Below the pieces are notes generated by a model. It saw only the letters and a program-made list of their open reading frames with translations. It was not told the DNA's origin and searched no databases. Below are positions 56,096 to 64,000 of a DNA stretch of 64,000 nucleotides, in pieces. The number at the start of each line of letters is the position of its first letter. Positions within the stretch are counted from its first letter, which is position 1. The DNA lies in assembly GCA_964402695.1 (NCBI GenBank), contig CAYODK010000003.1, positions 22,697-86,696 on the forward strand, read 5' to 3'. The DNA is from an uncultured Verrucomicrobiota bacterium (lineage in GTDB: Bacteria > Verrucomicrobiota > Kiritimatiellia > PWTM01). The translations under genes and the position numbers were made by a program.

Positions 56096-57043
56096 ATGAG
56101 CAATCCTCCGCAACGCGTGCTCGTCACGGGCGGCGCCGGCTACATCGGGTCGATCCTCGTCCCGATGCTGCTGGCCGAGGGCCACCCGGTGACGGTGCTG
56201 GACAACTTCCTCTACGGCCAGTCCTCGCTGCTGGACTGCTGCCACGATCCGAAGCTCCGGATCGTCCGCGGCGACGCCCGCGACGAGGGCCTCCTGAAAC
56301 GCCTCGTTCCCGAGGCGGACGTGCTGATCCCGCTCGCGTGCCTCGTCGGCGCGCCGCTCTGCGAGAAGCGGCCCGTGGAGGCGAAGACCCTGAACCTCGA
56401 CGCCGTGGAACGGATCGTCGCGCTCAGCCGCCCCGGCCAGAAGATCGTCTACCCGAACACCAACAGCGGCTACGGCATCGGCGAGGAGAACCTCGAGTGC
56501 ACCGAGGAGTCGCCGCTTCGGCCGATCTCGCTCTACGGGCGGCTCAAGGTCGACGCCGAGACGGCGGTGCTCGGCTCCGGCCGCGGCGTGGCGCTGCGCC
56601 TGGCGACGGTCTTCGGCATCAGCCCGCGCATGCGGCTGGACCTCCTCGTCAACGACTTCACCTACCGCGCCGTCACCGACCGCTTCGTGGTCCTGTTCGA
56701 GGCCCATTTCAAGCGGAACTACATCCACGTTCGCGACGTCTCGCAGGCCTTCATCCACGCGATGACGAACTTCGAGGCGATGAAGGGGCAGGCCTACAAC
56801 GTCGGCCTCAGCGAGGCGAACCTTTCCAAGATGGAGCTGTGCCTCGCGATCAAGGAACAGGTGCCGGATTTCACGATCATGGAGGCGCCGATCGGCAAGG
56901 ATCCCGACCAGCGCAACTACATCGTGAGCAACGCGAAGATCGAGGCGACCGGCTACCGCCCGCGCGTCGGGCTGCGGGCCGGCATCGCCGAGCTGATCAA
57001 GGGCTACCAGGTCGTGCGGCGGAACCAGTTCTCCAATGTCTGA
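56096..57043 (+). CDS. NAD-dependent epimerase/dehydratase family protein
   Basis: VLVTGGAGYIGS Rossmann motif. Extended-SDR fold. Confidence 0.85.
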   Translation: MSNPPQRVLVTGGAGYIGSILVPMLLAEGHPVTVLDNFLYGQSSLLDCCHDPKLRIVRGDARDEGLLKRLVPEADVLIPLACLVGAPLCEKRPVEAKTLNLDAVERIVALSRPGQKIVYPNTNSGYGIGEENLECTEESPLRPISLYGRLKVDAETAVLGSGRGVALRLATVFGISPRMRLDLLVNDFTYRAVTDRFVVLFEAHFKRNYIHVRDVSQAFIHAMTNFEAMKGQAYNVGLSEANLSKMELCLAIKEQVPDFTIMEAPIGKDPDQRNYIVSNAKIEATGYRPRVGLRAGIAELIKGYQVVRRNQFSNV

Positions 57044-57088
57044 AACGGACCGACAACACGGAGACGCGGAGATCGCAGAGAGGACGAT

Positions 57089-57679
57089 GTGAAGGAAGAG
57101 CCCGCCAGACCGATCATGTCGCACGCGTGCGATCCGTCGCAGCCGCTGGCGCGCCGCCTGGGGGTCGCGGTGCATGTGTCGCCGCTGCGGATGCGATTGC
57201 GCCGGCTGATGGCGGAGCATCCGTCCGCCGGCGCGGTCTGCGTTGAAGACTGGCTTCTCGATGTCGCGCAGACCCGCGGTGTCCGATCCGTCACGCGGGA
57301 CATCCATCCCCCCGCCGGTTTTCAACCTCCGTCGCTATCGGAGCTTTCGACCGAGGAGCTTGTCGCGGCCATCACGCAGCCGCAGAACCTGGACCGCCCC
57401 CAAATCCTGCGCGCCGCTGCGGAACTCGTTTCGCGCGGAGCCGTGGACCCCTCCGTGCTGGCGGCGACCGCCCGCAGGGAGCGCGCGGATCGTGTGCTGG
57501 CCGAGCTGGCGCGGCAGGCGCTTCATGTCGAGCCCGCCCATTTCGTATGGCGCGCTCTGGCCGGCGCCCTCGGCGATGTCCGGCCGCTGCGTTCGCCGCT
57601 TCTGCATTGGACGCGAATCGCCTTCCCTGTTCCCGACGAGCGGGGCGTTTGCCGGGGCACATGGAGGCTGGTCGCGTGA
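57089..57679 (+). CDS. hypothetical protein
   Basis: 196-aa ORF. Start ambiguous (57089, 57116, or later). No family recognised. Confidence 0.4.
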   Translation: MKEEPARPIMSHACDPSQPLARRLGVAVHVSPLRMRLRRLMAEHPSAGAVCVEDWLLDVAQTRGVRSVTRDIHPPAGFQPPSLSELSTEELVAAITQPQNLDRPQILRAAAELVSRGAVDPSVLAATARRERADRVLAELARQALHVEPAHFVWRALAGALGDVRPLRSPLLHWTRIAFPVPDERGVCRGTWRLVA

Positions 57680-58212
57680 ATCGCGCGGAGATCATCCTGG
57701 CGACGCTGGACCGGCACCTGCAGTCCCGGGTCGAACTCACGCTGTTCGGCCGGGCCGCGCTGGCCCTCGGCTTCTCCGATCCCCCGCCCGAGTTCGGACT
57801 GAGCCTCGATGTGGATGGCGTCCTCTGGAACGGTCAGGCCGAGGAACTGCTGGAACGGACGGATTTCTGGAGCGCGGTCGAGCGGGCCAATGCCGAGCTG
57901 GCCGGCGCGAAGCTCTACATCAGCCATTTCTTTCAGGAAGACCAGATCGTGCTCTCTCCCGACTGGCGCACCCGGCGGGTGCCCGTGCCCGGCGCATGGA
58001 GTCATCTGACCCTCTTCCGGCTTGGCGATGAGGATCTCTTTCTTTCCAAACTGATGCGTCTGGATCCGCAGGATCTCGCCGATGCGCGGTTTGTTGCAAA
58101 CCGCGCCGGCTGGACTCCGGCGCAGATTCGGACGATCCTGCACGACGCGCGGGTTCCGGGCATTCCCGAGATTCGCGAGCAATTCGAGCTATGTTCCAGA
58201 GAATTCTTGTAA
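57676..58212 (+). CDS. hypothetical protein with nucleotidyltransferase-fold-like signature
   Basis: GTG start overlapping the upstream stop (alternative ATG 57661). ELTLFGRAALALGF...SLDVDGVL resembles the hG[GS]-x9-17-DxD minimal NTase motif. Tentative. Confidence 0.4.
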   Translation: MNRAEIILATLDRHLQSRVELTLFGRAALALGFSDPPPEFGLSLDVDGVLWNGQAEELLERTDFWSAVERANAELAGAKLYISHFFQEDQIVLSPDWRTRRVPVPGAWSHLTLFRLGDEDLFLSKLMRLDPQDLADARFVANRAGWTPAQIRTILHDARVPGIPEIREQFELCSREFL

Positions 58213-59135
58213 CCGGCGCCACCGGCTTCCTCGGGCACCACATCGTGCCGGCGCTCCGAACGGCCCTCCCCGGCGCCGAGCTGGTGCCGGTCGGCCGGCG
58301 CGACGCCGACCTCCTGCAGCCCGCCGCGCCGGCGCGGCTGCTGGCGGACGTGAAGCCGGACGCCGTCGTCCACCTCGCCGCGAAGTCGGGCGGCATCCAG
58401 GACAACCGGAAGCGCCCGGCGGACTACTTCTACGAGAACCTCGCGATGAACACCGCGGTGTTCGAGGCCGCGTTCCGCGCGGGCGTGACGAAGTTCCTCA
58501 CGCTGATGGGCGGCTGCTCCTACCCGTCGAAGGCCGTCTCGCCGATCGGCGAGGACCAGATGTGGAACGGCTTCCCGCAGATCGAGAGCGCCGGCTACTC
58601 GGTCGCGAAGAAGATGATGCTCGTCCAGTCGTGGGCCTACCGCGTCCAGCACGGCTTCAACTCCGTCGTGCTGATCCCGGGCAACGTCTACGGCGAATGG
58701 GACAACTTCAACCTCGAGCAGTCGCACGTGATCCCGGCGCTTGTCCGCAAGTACATCGAGGCGCGCGACCGCGGCGACGCCGAGATCGTCGCGTGGGGCA
58801 CCGGCCGGCCGACGCGGGACTTTGTCTACGCCGGCGACGTTGCCGCGACGATCCCCTGGTTCCTCTCGAACTACGACTCGAGCGATCCGGTCAACATCTC
58901 CACCGGCACGCGGATCTCGATCCGCGAGCTCGCCGAGACCGTCGCGCGGACCACCGGCTTCGCCGGACGCATCGCGTGGGACACCACCAAGCCGGACGGC
59001 CAGGTCGACAAGATCTTCGACGTGTCGCGCCTTGCCTCCCTCGGGCTCTCGTGCCGGACGACGCTCGAGGAGGGCCTCCGGCGCACCGCGCAGTGGTTCG
59101 ACCAGGCCCGCCGCGAGGGGACGGTGCGCCTGTGA
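58191..59135 (+). CDS. fcl: GDP-L-fucose synthase-like 3,5-epimerase/4-reductase (GMER family)
   Basis: ILVTGATGFLG...RPADYFYENLAMNTAVFEAA...FLTLMGGCSYPSKAVSPIGEDQMWNGFPQIESAGYSVAKKMM closely follows the GMER/Fcl pattern. Confidence 0.85.
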   Translation: MFQRILVTGATGFLGHHIVPALRTALPGAELVPVGRRDADLLQPAAPARLLADVKPDAVVHLAAKSGGIQDNRKRPADYFYENLAMNTAVFEAAFRAGVTKFLTLMGGCSYPSKAVSPIGEDQMWNGFPQIESAGYSVAKKMMLVQSWAYRVQHGFNSVVLIPGNVYGEWDNFNLEQSHVIPALVRKYIEARDRGDAEIVAWGTGRPTRDFVYAGDVAATIPWFLSNYDSSDPVNISTGTRISIRELAETVARTTGFAGRIAWDTTKPDGQVDKIFDVSRLASLGLSCRTTLEEGLRRTAQWFDQARREGTVRL

Positions 59136-59944
59136 GCGACGCCCGCCAGCGCACGTGTCTCGTGCTCGGCGCGAAGGGCTTCGTCGGCTCCGCGATCGCC
59201 GCCGAGGCCGCGCGGCGCGGCTGGACCGTGCTTGCGGTGGACAAGGACGAGTACGACGCGGCCGTCGGATCGGCCTGCGACCTCCTGGTCAACGCGAACG
59301 GCAACTCGCGCAAGTATCTCGCGGCGCAGGATCCGAAGCAGGAGTTCGACCTGTCCGTGCGGTCCGTCGAGCGCTCGCTGCACGACTTCCGCGCGGACCT
59401 CTACGTGCATCTCTCGACCATCGACGTCTACGCCGACGCCTCGTCGCCCGCGACGACCGGCGAGGACGCGCCGATCGACCCGGCCCGCCTCTCGCCCTAC
59501 GGCTTCCACAAGTGGCTCGCCGAGCGGCTGGTCGAACACGACGCGCGGCGACGGCTGATCCTGCGCATGGGCGGCTTCGTCGGCCCGCGCCTCTGGAAGA
59601 ACTCGATCCACGACCTTCTCGCCGGCGTCCCGCTGCGCGTGCACCCGGATTCGGAGTACCAGTACCTCGACACGCGGGAGCTCGCGCGGATCGTGTTCGA
59701 CCTTGTCGCGGCGGGCGTCGAGGGGACACGCCTCAACGCCTGCGGCGCCGGCACCGTCGCGTTGCGCGAGGTCGCGTCGTGGATCCCGGGCTGCGACCTG
59801 TCCGCGCTGCCCGCCGGATTGCCGCGCGAGCGCTACGAGGCGTCGACCGGCCGCCTCGCGGCCCTGCGCCCCGTTCCGCCGACCCGCGACATGGTCCGCG
59901 CCTTCCTCGCCGAGTGCCGGACCGCCGGAGGGATCCCCCGATGA
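59132..59944 (+). CDS. NAD-dependent epimerase/dehydratase family protein
   Basis: GTG start overlapping the fcl stop. LVLGAKGFVGSAIA Rossmann motif. Confidence 0.7.
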   Translation: MSDARQRTCLVLGAKGFVGSAIAAEAARRGWTVLAVDKDEYDAAVGSACDLLVNANGNSRKYLAAQDPKQEFDLSVRSVERSLHDFRADLYVHLSTIDVYADASSPATTGEDAPIDPARLSPYGFHKWLAERLVEHDARRRLILRMGGFVGPRLWKNSIHDLLAGVPLRVHPDSEYQYLDTRELARIVFDLVAAGVEGTRLNACGAGTVALREVASWIPGCDLSALPAGLPRERYEASTGRLAALRPVPPTRDMVRAFLAECRTAGGIPR

Positions 59945-60927
59945 TCATCGCGCGCGCCCCGTTCCGCATCAGCTTCTTCGGCGGCGGCACCGACTTCCCC
60001 GGCCACTACCGGCGGCACGGCGGCGCCGTGCTCGCGACGACGATCGACAAGCACACCTACCTGAGCCTCCACGCGCTGAGCCCCTTCTTCAAGTACCGCT
60101 TCCGCGCCAGCTACGCGCGGACCGAGCTCGTGCAGCACCCGCGCGAGTTCGAGCATCCGCTGATCCGCGAGAGCCTGCTGATGCTCCGCGTCCGCGAGGG
60201 GCTGGAGCTCACGCACGTCTCGGATCTGCCCGGCCGCACGGGGCTGGGCACCTCGTCGGCCTTCACCGTCGCGCTGCTGCACGCGCTGCACGAGCGGCGC
60301 GGCGACCGGGTCGGTCCTGAGGATCTCGCCCGCGAGGCGATCGAGGTCGAACGCGAGCGCGTCGGCGATTCCGGCGGCCACCAGGACCAGTACGCCGCGG
60401 CCTACGGCGGCATGATGCGCATCGACTTCGGCCCCGGCGACGCGGTGCGCGTCCGTCCCCTCGCCCTCCGCGCCGCGCGCCTCGCACAGCTCGAGGGCCG
60501 CCTGCTGCTCTTCTACCTCGGCCGCGAGGAGTCCGCCGAATCGATCCTCGCCGAGCAGACACGGCGCTCGCGCCGCAACGCGGACGCCCTGAAGCGCATG
60601 CACCGCATGGTTGATCAGGCGGAGCGGATCCTCACCGCCGGCGAGCTCGATGACTTCGGCCGGCTGCTGCACGAGGGCTGGACGCTGAAAAAGACGCTCT
60701 CGAGCGGCATCTCGAACGCGCCGATCGACGACGCGTACGCGGCCGCGCTCAAGGCCGGCGCGCTGGGCGGCAAGCTGCTCGGCGCGGGCGGACGCGGATT
60801 CCTTCTGGTCTTCGCCGACCCGGCGCGCCACGCGACCGTGCGCCGCCGCCTCTCGGCGCTGCGCGAGGTGCGGTTCCGCTTCAGCCGCGAGGGGAGCCGG
60901 ATCGTGTTCCGGTCCGGCGGGTCATGA
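59941..60927 (+). CDS. GHMP-family sugar kinase (HddA-like heptose/fucose kinase)
   Basis: MIIARAPFRISFFGGGTDFP is the N-terminal motif of HddA-type GHMP kinases. GHMP motif LPGRTGLGTSSAF. Confidence 0.8.
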   Translation: MIIARAPFRISFFGGGTDFPGHYRRHGGAVLATTIDKHTYLSLHALSPFFKYRFRASYARTELVQHPREFEHPLIRESLLMLRVREGLELTHVSDLPGRTGLGTSSAFTVALLHALHERRGDRVGPEDLAREAIEVERERVGDSGGHQDQYAAAYGGMMRIDFGPGDAVRVRPLALRAARLAQLEGRLLLFYLGREESAESILAEQTRRSRRNADALKRMHRMVDQAERILTAGELDDFGRLLHEGWTLKKTLSSGISNAPIDDAYAAALKAGALGGKLLGAGGRGFLLVFADPARHATVRRRLSALREVRFRFSREGSRIVFRSGGS

Positions 60928-61937
60928 CGGAACCCGCCGCGCCGCCGCGCGTGTCGGTCATCGTCCCCTTCAAGAACGAGGAGGCGACGATCCCGCTCGT
61001 GCTCGACAGCCTCGCGCGGCAGGTCGTCGACTTCCCCTACGAGGTCATTTTCGCCGATGGCTGCTCGACCGACCGGTCCGTCGAGGTCATCCGCGCCCAT
61101 CCGCTGAACGCGAAGGCCGACGTCCGCGTGCTGCCGCTGCCGCCGGAGAACCACGGGATGAACGTCGGCCGGAACCTGGGCGCCGCCGCCGCCCGCGCCC
61201 CGTTGCTGGTGTTCATGCAGGCGGATGTCCGCATCCGCGACCCCGACGCACTGGCGAAAACGGCCCGTCGGCTCGACGAGCCCGGCGTCGTCGGCACGAC
61301 CTTCGTCGGTCTCGGCGCCGGGGAGGATTTCCGGGCGTACGACTTCTGGGGCCAGGTCTTCCTCGCCCGATACCAGGGCCTCCGGTGCGAGAACGACTTC
61401 GACACCAAGTTCAACGGCGTGCGGCGCGAAGTGTTCGAGAAGATCGGCGGCTTCGACGACCGCCGGTTCCCCTACGGCGGCGAGGATTTCGATTTCCGCG
61501 TCCGCCTCGCCCGCGAGGGGCGCATCGTCGGGACGGGGGTCGATGTGGAGCACCTGCACGGCTTCGGCAAGCGGCACACGTGGCAGGGTCTCCTGCGCAA
61601 GTATGCGCGCAACGCGGAGTGCATGGGCGCGACGACGCCAGTCTACCTTGCGCACCTCGACCAGGAGCCCGGCTACCTCCGGACCCTGACCGCGCGCCTT
61701 GCGCTCTGCATCTGCTGCCTCGCGGCGCCGCTGCCATGGGCGTGGCCGTGGGCCGCGCTGGGCGTTCTGGCGTTCAGCCTCGCCTGGAGCGCCCCGGCCT
61801 ACCGGCACGTCCGGAGCCCGCGCCTCGCCGTCGTCCCCTTCTTCGGCATCGCTGCGATGTACGTGTTCACGGTGTATTATCTTCGCGGCCTGGTCGGGGG
61901 CCGGGTGCGGGTGAAGATCGAGAATCCCATGCAATGA
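60924..61937 (+). CDS. glycosyltransferase family 2
   Basis: VSVIVPFKNEE...ADGCSTD. C-terminal TM helices. Confidence 0.85.
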   Translation: MTEPAAPPRVSVIVPFKNEEATIPLVLDSLARQVVDFPYEVIFADGCSTDRSVEVIRAHPLNAKADVRVLPLPPENHGMNVGRNLGAAAARAPLLVFMQADVRIRDPDALAKTARRLDEPGVVGTTFVGLGAGEDFRAYDFWGQVFLARYQGLRCENDFDTKFNGVRREVFEKIGGFDDRRFPYGGEDFDFRVRLAREGRIVGTGVDVEHLHGFGKRHTWQGLLRKYARNAECMGATTPVYLAHLDQEPGYLRTLTARLALCICCLAAPLPWAWPWAALGVLAFSLAWSAPAYRHVRSPRLAVVPFFGIAAMYVFTVYYLRGLVGGRVRVKIENPMQ

Positions 61938-62791
61938 GCGACGCGGAACCCAGAACGAACGCGGGGGCGCTGCCGGACCGGCACACGCTGCGCGCGGCCA
62001 TCGAGCGGATCCACGGGGAGTGCATGCGGGCCGACCCGGCCCTGCGCGACGCCCTGCACGCCGAGTACGGCCGCGCCGGGATGGTCACGCGGTTCGCCTC
62101 GATCGTCCGGGCGTTCCGCCGGCTCCTGCCCGCCGGCCGCCCGCTCGACGGGCTCGAGGTCGGCGTCGGCGAGGGCGCGCTCGTCCTCGCGCTGCACGAG
62201 TTCGTCCCGGCCGTCCGCTGGCAGGGCGTCGACATCCCGCTGCGCCATTCCACCTACCAGCGCGAGTTCGACGCGATCATGGCGCGGCACTCGATCCGGA
62301 TCGTCGAGGCCGACCTGACGAGGAACACGATCCCCTTCCCCGACGCGTCGTTCGACGCGGTATCGTTCTCCGAGGTGCTCGAGCACCTGCCCGCCAACGG
62401 CGTGATGCCGACCCTGCGCGAAATCGCGCGCATCCTGCGCCCGGGCGGGGTCGTCGTGGCCACCTCGCCGAACCTCCTCTCGCTGATGAATCGTCTGCTG
62501 CTCCTGGCGGGACGGAGCCCGTTTCACCTGCCGGTCTCCGAGAATTACAACGGCAGCGATGTGTATCCCCACATCCACCTCTACGCCGCGTTCGAGTTCG
62601 AGGCCCTGTGCCGCAAGGCGGGGCTCGAGCCCGCGGGCCGGGAGCACCTGACCTACCTGACCCACGCGTTCTTCGGCGGGAACGCGGCCCGCAACGCGGC
62701 GCTGCGCGCCTACCTCGCCGCCGAAGCCGTGCTGGGCGCGGTCGCCCCGGCCCTGAAGGACGGCTGGCTCGTCGCGGCGCGCAAGCCATGA
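61934..62791 (+). CDS. class I SAM-dependent methyltransferase
   Basis: LEVGVGEGALVL (motif I) and FDAVSFSEVLEHL. Confidence 0.8.
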   Translation: MSDAEPRTNAGALPDRHTLRAAIERIHGECMRADPALRDALHAEYGRAGMVTRFASIVRAFRRLLPAGRPLDGLEVGVGEGALVLALHEFVPAVRWQGVDIPLRHSTYQREFDAIMARHSIRIVEADLTRNTIPFPDASFDAVSFSEVLEHLPANGVMPTLREIARILRPGGVVVATSPNLLSLMNRLLLLAGRSPFHLPVSENYNGSDVYPHIHLYAAFEFEALCRKAGLEPAGREHLTYLTHAFFGGNAARNAALRAYLAAEAVLGAVAPALKDGWLVAARKP

Positions 62792-63639
62792 TGCCGCCGG
62801 CGATCATCCTGTGCGGCGGCCGCGCCACGAGGCTGGCCGCTCTCCACGGCGACCGCCCGAAGGCGCTCGTGCCGGTCGCGGGCCGCCCCTTCCTCGAGTG
62901 GCAGATCGCGTGGCTCGCGCGCGGCGGCGTGCGACGTGTCCATCTCGCCGCCGGCCACCTGGCGGACCAGCTCGCGGCGTGGGCGGAGGAGGTGTCAGGT
63001 GTCGGGTGTCCGGTGTCAGGAGGACGGGCCGGATGGCTGCCACCGATGATTCGATATCTGTCCTCCGGCGTCCTCGAGGGCGGGGGGTTGACATCCGGTG
63101 CCCGGTGTTCGGCCTCCGCCCCTGACACCCGACACCTGACACCTGAAACCTCCGTGTCTCTTTCCGTCGAGCCCCGGCCGCTGGGCACGGGCGGCGGATT
63201 GCGGTACGCGGCGGACTTTGTCGACGGCGACGCGATGCTCGTGGTGAACGGCGACACGCTGCTGCCCGGCCTGGATTTCCAAGGGTTGGAAGCCGCGGCC
63301 GAGCGGACTTCCAAGGGTTGGACGTCGATCGCGGTGACGCGGGTCGACGACGCGGCCCGGTTCGGAACCGTGACGGTCGAGGACGGCCGCGTGGTCGATT
63401 TCCTCGAAAAGGGGCGCTCCGCGTCGGGCTGGATCAACGGCGGCGTCTACCGGATGAGCCGCGCGGCCGTCGACTCGATCCCGCGCGAAACGGCCGTTTC
63501 CATCGAGACCGACCTCTTCCCGGACTGGGCGCGCGACGGCCGCATCGCCGCCGTCCCCGCCGATCCGCCCCTGCTCGACATGGGCACGCCCGACGGTCTC
63601 GCGGAGATGGTCCGCTGGCTGGACGCGCACCGCCCGTGA
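62788..63639 (+). CDS. sugar-1-phosphate nucleotidyltransferase (HddC/ManC-like) carrying an in-frame ~160-bp palindromic insertion
   Basis: AIILCGGRATRL (G-G-x-x-T-R), PLGTGGGL, VVNGDTL, GVY motifs in HddC order. Insertion lies between AAWAEE and VSLSVEPRPLGTGGG. Confidence 0.8.
   Translation: MMPPAIILCGGRATRLAALHGDRPKALVPVAGRPFLEWQIAWLARGGVRRVHLAAGHLADQLAAWAEEVSGVGCPVSGGRAGWLPPMIRYLSSGVLEGGGLTSGARCSASAPDTRHLTPETSVSLSVEPRPLGTGGGLRYAADFVDGDAMLVVNGDTLLPGLDFQGLEAAAERTSKGWTSIAVTRVDDAARFGTVTVEDGRVVDFLEKGRSASGWINGGVYRMSRAAVDSIPRETAVSIETDLFPDWARDGRIAAVPADPPLLDMGTPDGLAEMVRWLDAHRP
62989..63148. mobile_element. MITE-like element with terminal inverted repeats built from NGGTGTC heptamers (ggtgtcaggtgtcgggtgtccggtgtcagg ... 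cctgacacccgacacctgacacctg)
   Basis: Read directly inside the nucleotidyltransferase ORF. No stop codon introduced. Confidence 0.55.
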
Positions 63640-63716
63640 CGGCCCGTCCGCGCGTTCCCCAGCCCTCCGACTCCCCCCCTCCCGGCCGCCCTTCGTCTCT
63701 CCGCTTCGTTCCGCAG

Positions 63717-63758
63717 GTGTAACATTATCGAGTGCGACCGCACTCGGTAATGTTACAC
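63717..63758. promoter_or_regulatory. Near-perfect palindrome with 20-bp arms gtgtaacattatcgagtgcg-acc-cgcactcggtaatgttacac (one mismatch), AT-richer than surroundings
   Basis: Read directly. Lies 78 nt after the nucleotidyltransferase stop and ~58 nt before the next ATG. Operator or terminator. Confidence 0.35.
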
Positions 63759-63815
63759 ATCGAGGCGACCGCGCGCGGCAGTCCGATCGGTCGGGCCTTG
63801 AAACCGCGGCCCGGA

Positions 63816-64000
63816 ATGTCGAGACTCGCGGGCATGAACCCGATGCCTGAAGGCGTGGATGCCGCCCCGAGCGGATCGCCCCCCGGACGCGGAACGCCGA
63901 ATCCGGAACCCGGAACCTCCGCGCCCGTGCGCCCGCTGCCGCGTACGCGGACGTGCTATGTCTGCGGCGTCGAGAATCCCGGCGGATTCCGGCTCGCGAT
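63816..64000 (+). CDS. partial CDS (5' end), possibly hotdog-fold thioesterase-like
   Basis: MSRLAGMNPMPEGVDAAPSGSPPGRGTPNPEPGTSAPVRPLPRTRTCYVCGVENPGGFRLA. The C-x-x-C-G-x-x-N-P-x-G-[FL] word recalls the PaaI-like thioesterase N-terminus. Truncated by the window end. Confidence 0.3.
   Translation, partial: MSRLAGMNPMPEGVDAAPSGSPPGRGTPNPEPGTSAPVRPLPRTRTCYVCGVENPGGFRLA

Noticed and set aside
1-64000. tRNA/rRNA genes
   Set aside because: No cloverleaf-like or rRNA-like conserved sequence recognised by eye. Intergenic regions are occupied by repeats. A tRNAscan/Infernal run would be needed to be certain.

Overview
This is a high-GC (~70%) bacterial window, probably from a PVC-superphylum-type genome (Planctomycetes/Verrucomicrobia/Kiritimatiellae-like). 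That lineage guess rests only on gene content: many sulfatases, a PSCyt-type cytochrome domain, DUF1080, and Tat-exported Gfo/Idh/MocA oxidoreductases. Most very long ORFs in the six-frame track (for example 7235..13159 and 1073..5314) are GC artefacts. Real genes were picked by signal peptides, family motifs and 4-bp ATGA/GTGA start-stop overlaps. Content: (i) a secreted arsenal for sulfated glycan breakdown. It holds five sulfatases (one apparently frameshifted), GH2-, GH16-, GH26-, DUF4038/GH140-like and several clan GH-A hydrolases, an esterase, a DUF1080 protein and an oxidoreductase. (ii) A ~15 kb translationally coupled operon (34.0-49.3 kb) headed by an ECF sigma factor, a FecR anti-sigma factor and a PSCyt-domain protein. 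(iii) Three VapC-type toxin-antitoxin modules, two of them paralogous. (iv) A REP-associated tyrosine transposase bracketed by REP palindrome clusters, with the same palindrome family in a 44-bp tandem array near the window start. (v) Two DUF4143 AAA ATPases, one flanked by ~100-bp direct repeats. (vi) A nucleotide-sugar/glycan cluster at 53.5-63.6 kb (membrane YfhO-like protein, epimerases, GMER-like reductase, HddA-like kinase, HddC-like nucleotidyltransferase, GT2, methyltransferase) carrying an in-frame MITE-like insertion. (vii) At least three families of dispersed heptanucleotide tandem-repeat elements, often 40-85 bp upstream of start codons of secreted-enzyme genes. No rRNA, tRNA or CRISPR array was recognised. 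Coordinates taken from the ORF track are exact; coordinates I derived by reading repeats are +/-2 nt. All family calls come from motifs read in the translations and were not checked against any database.
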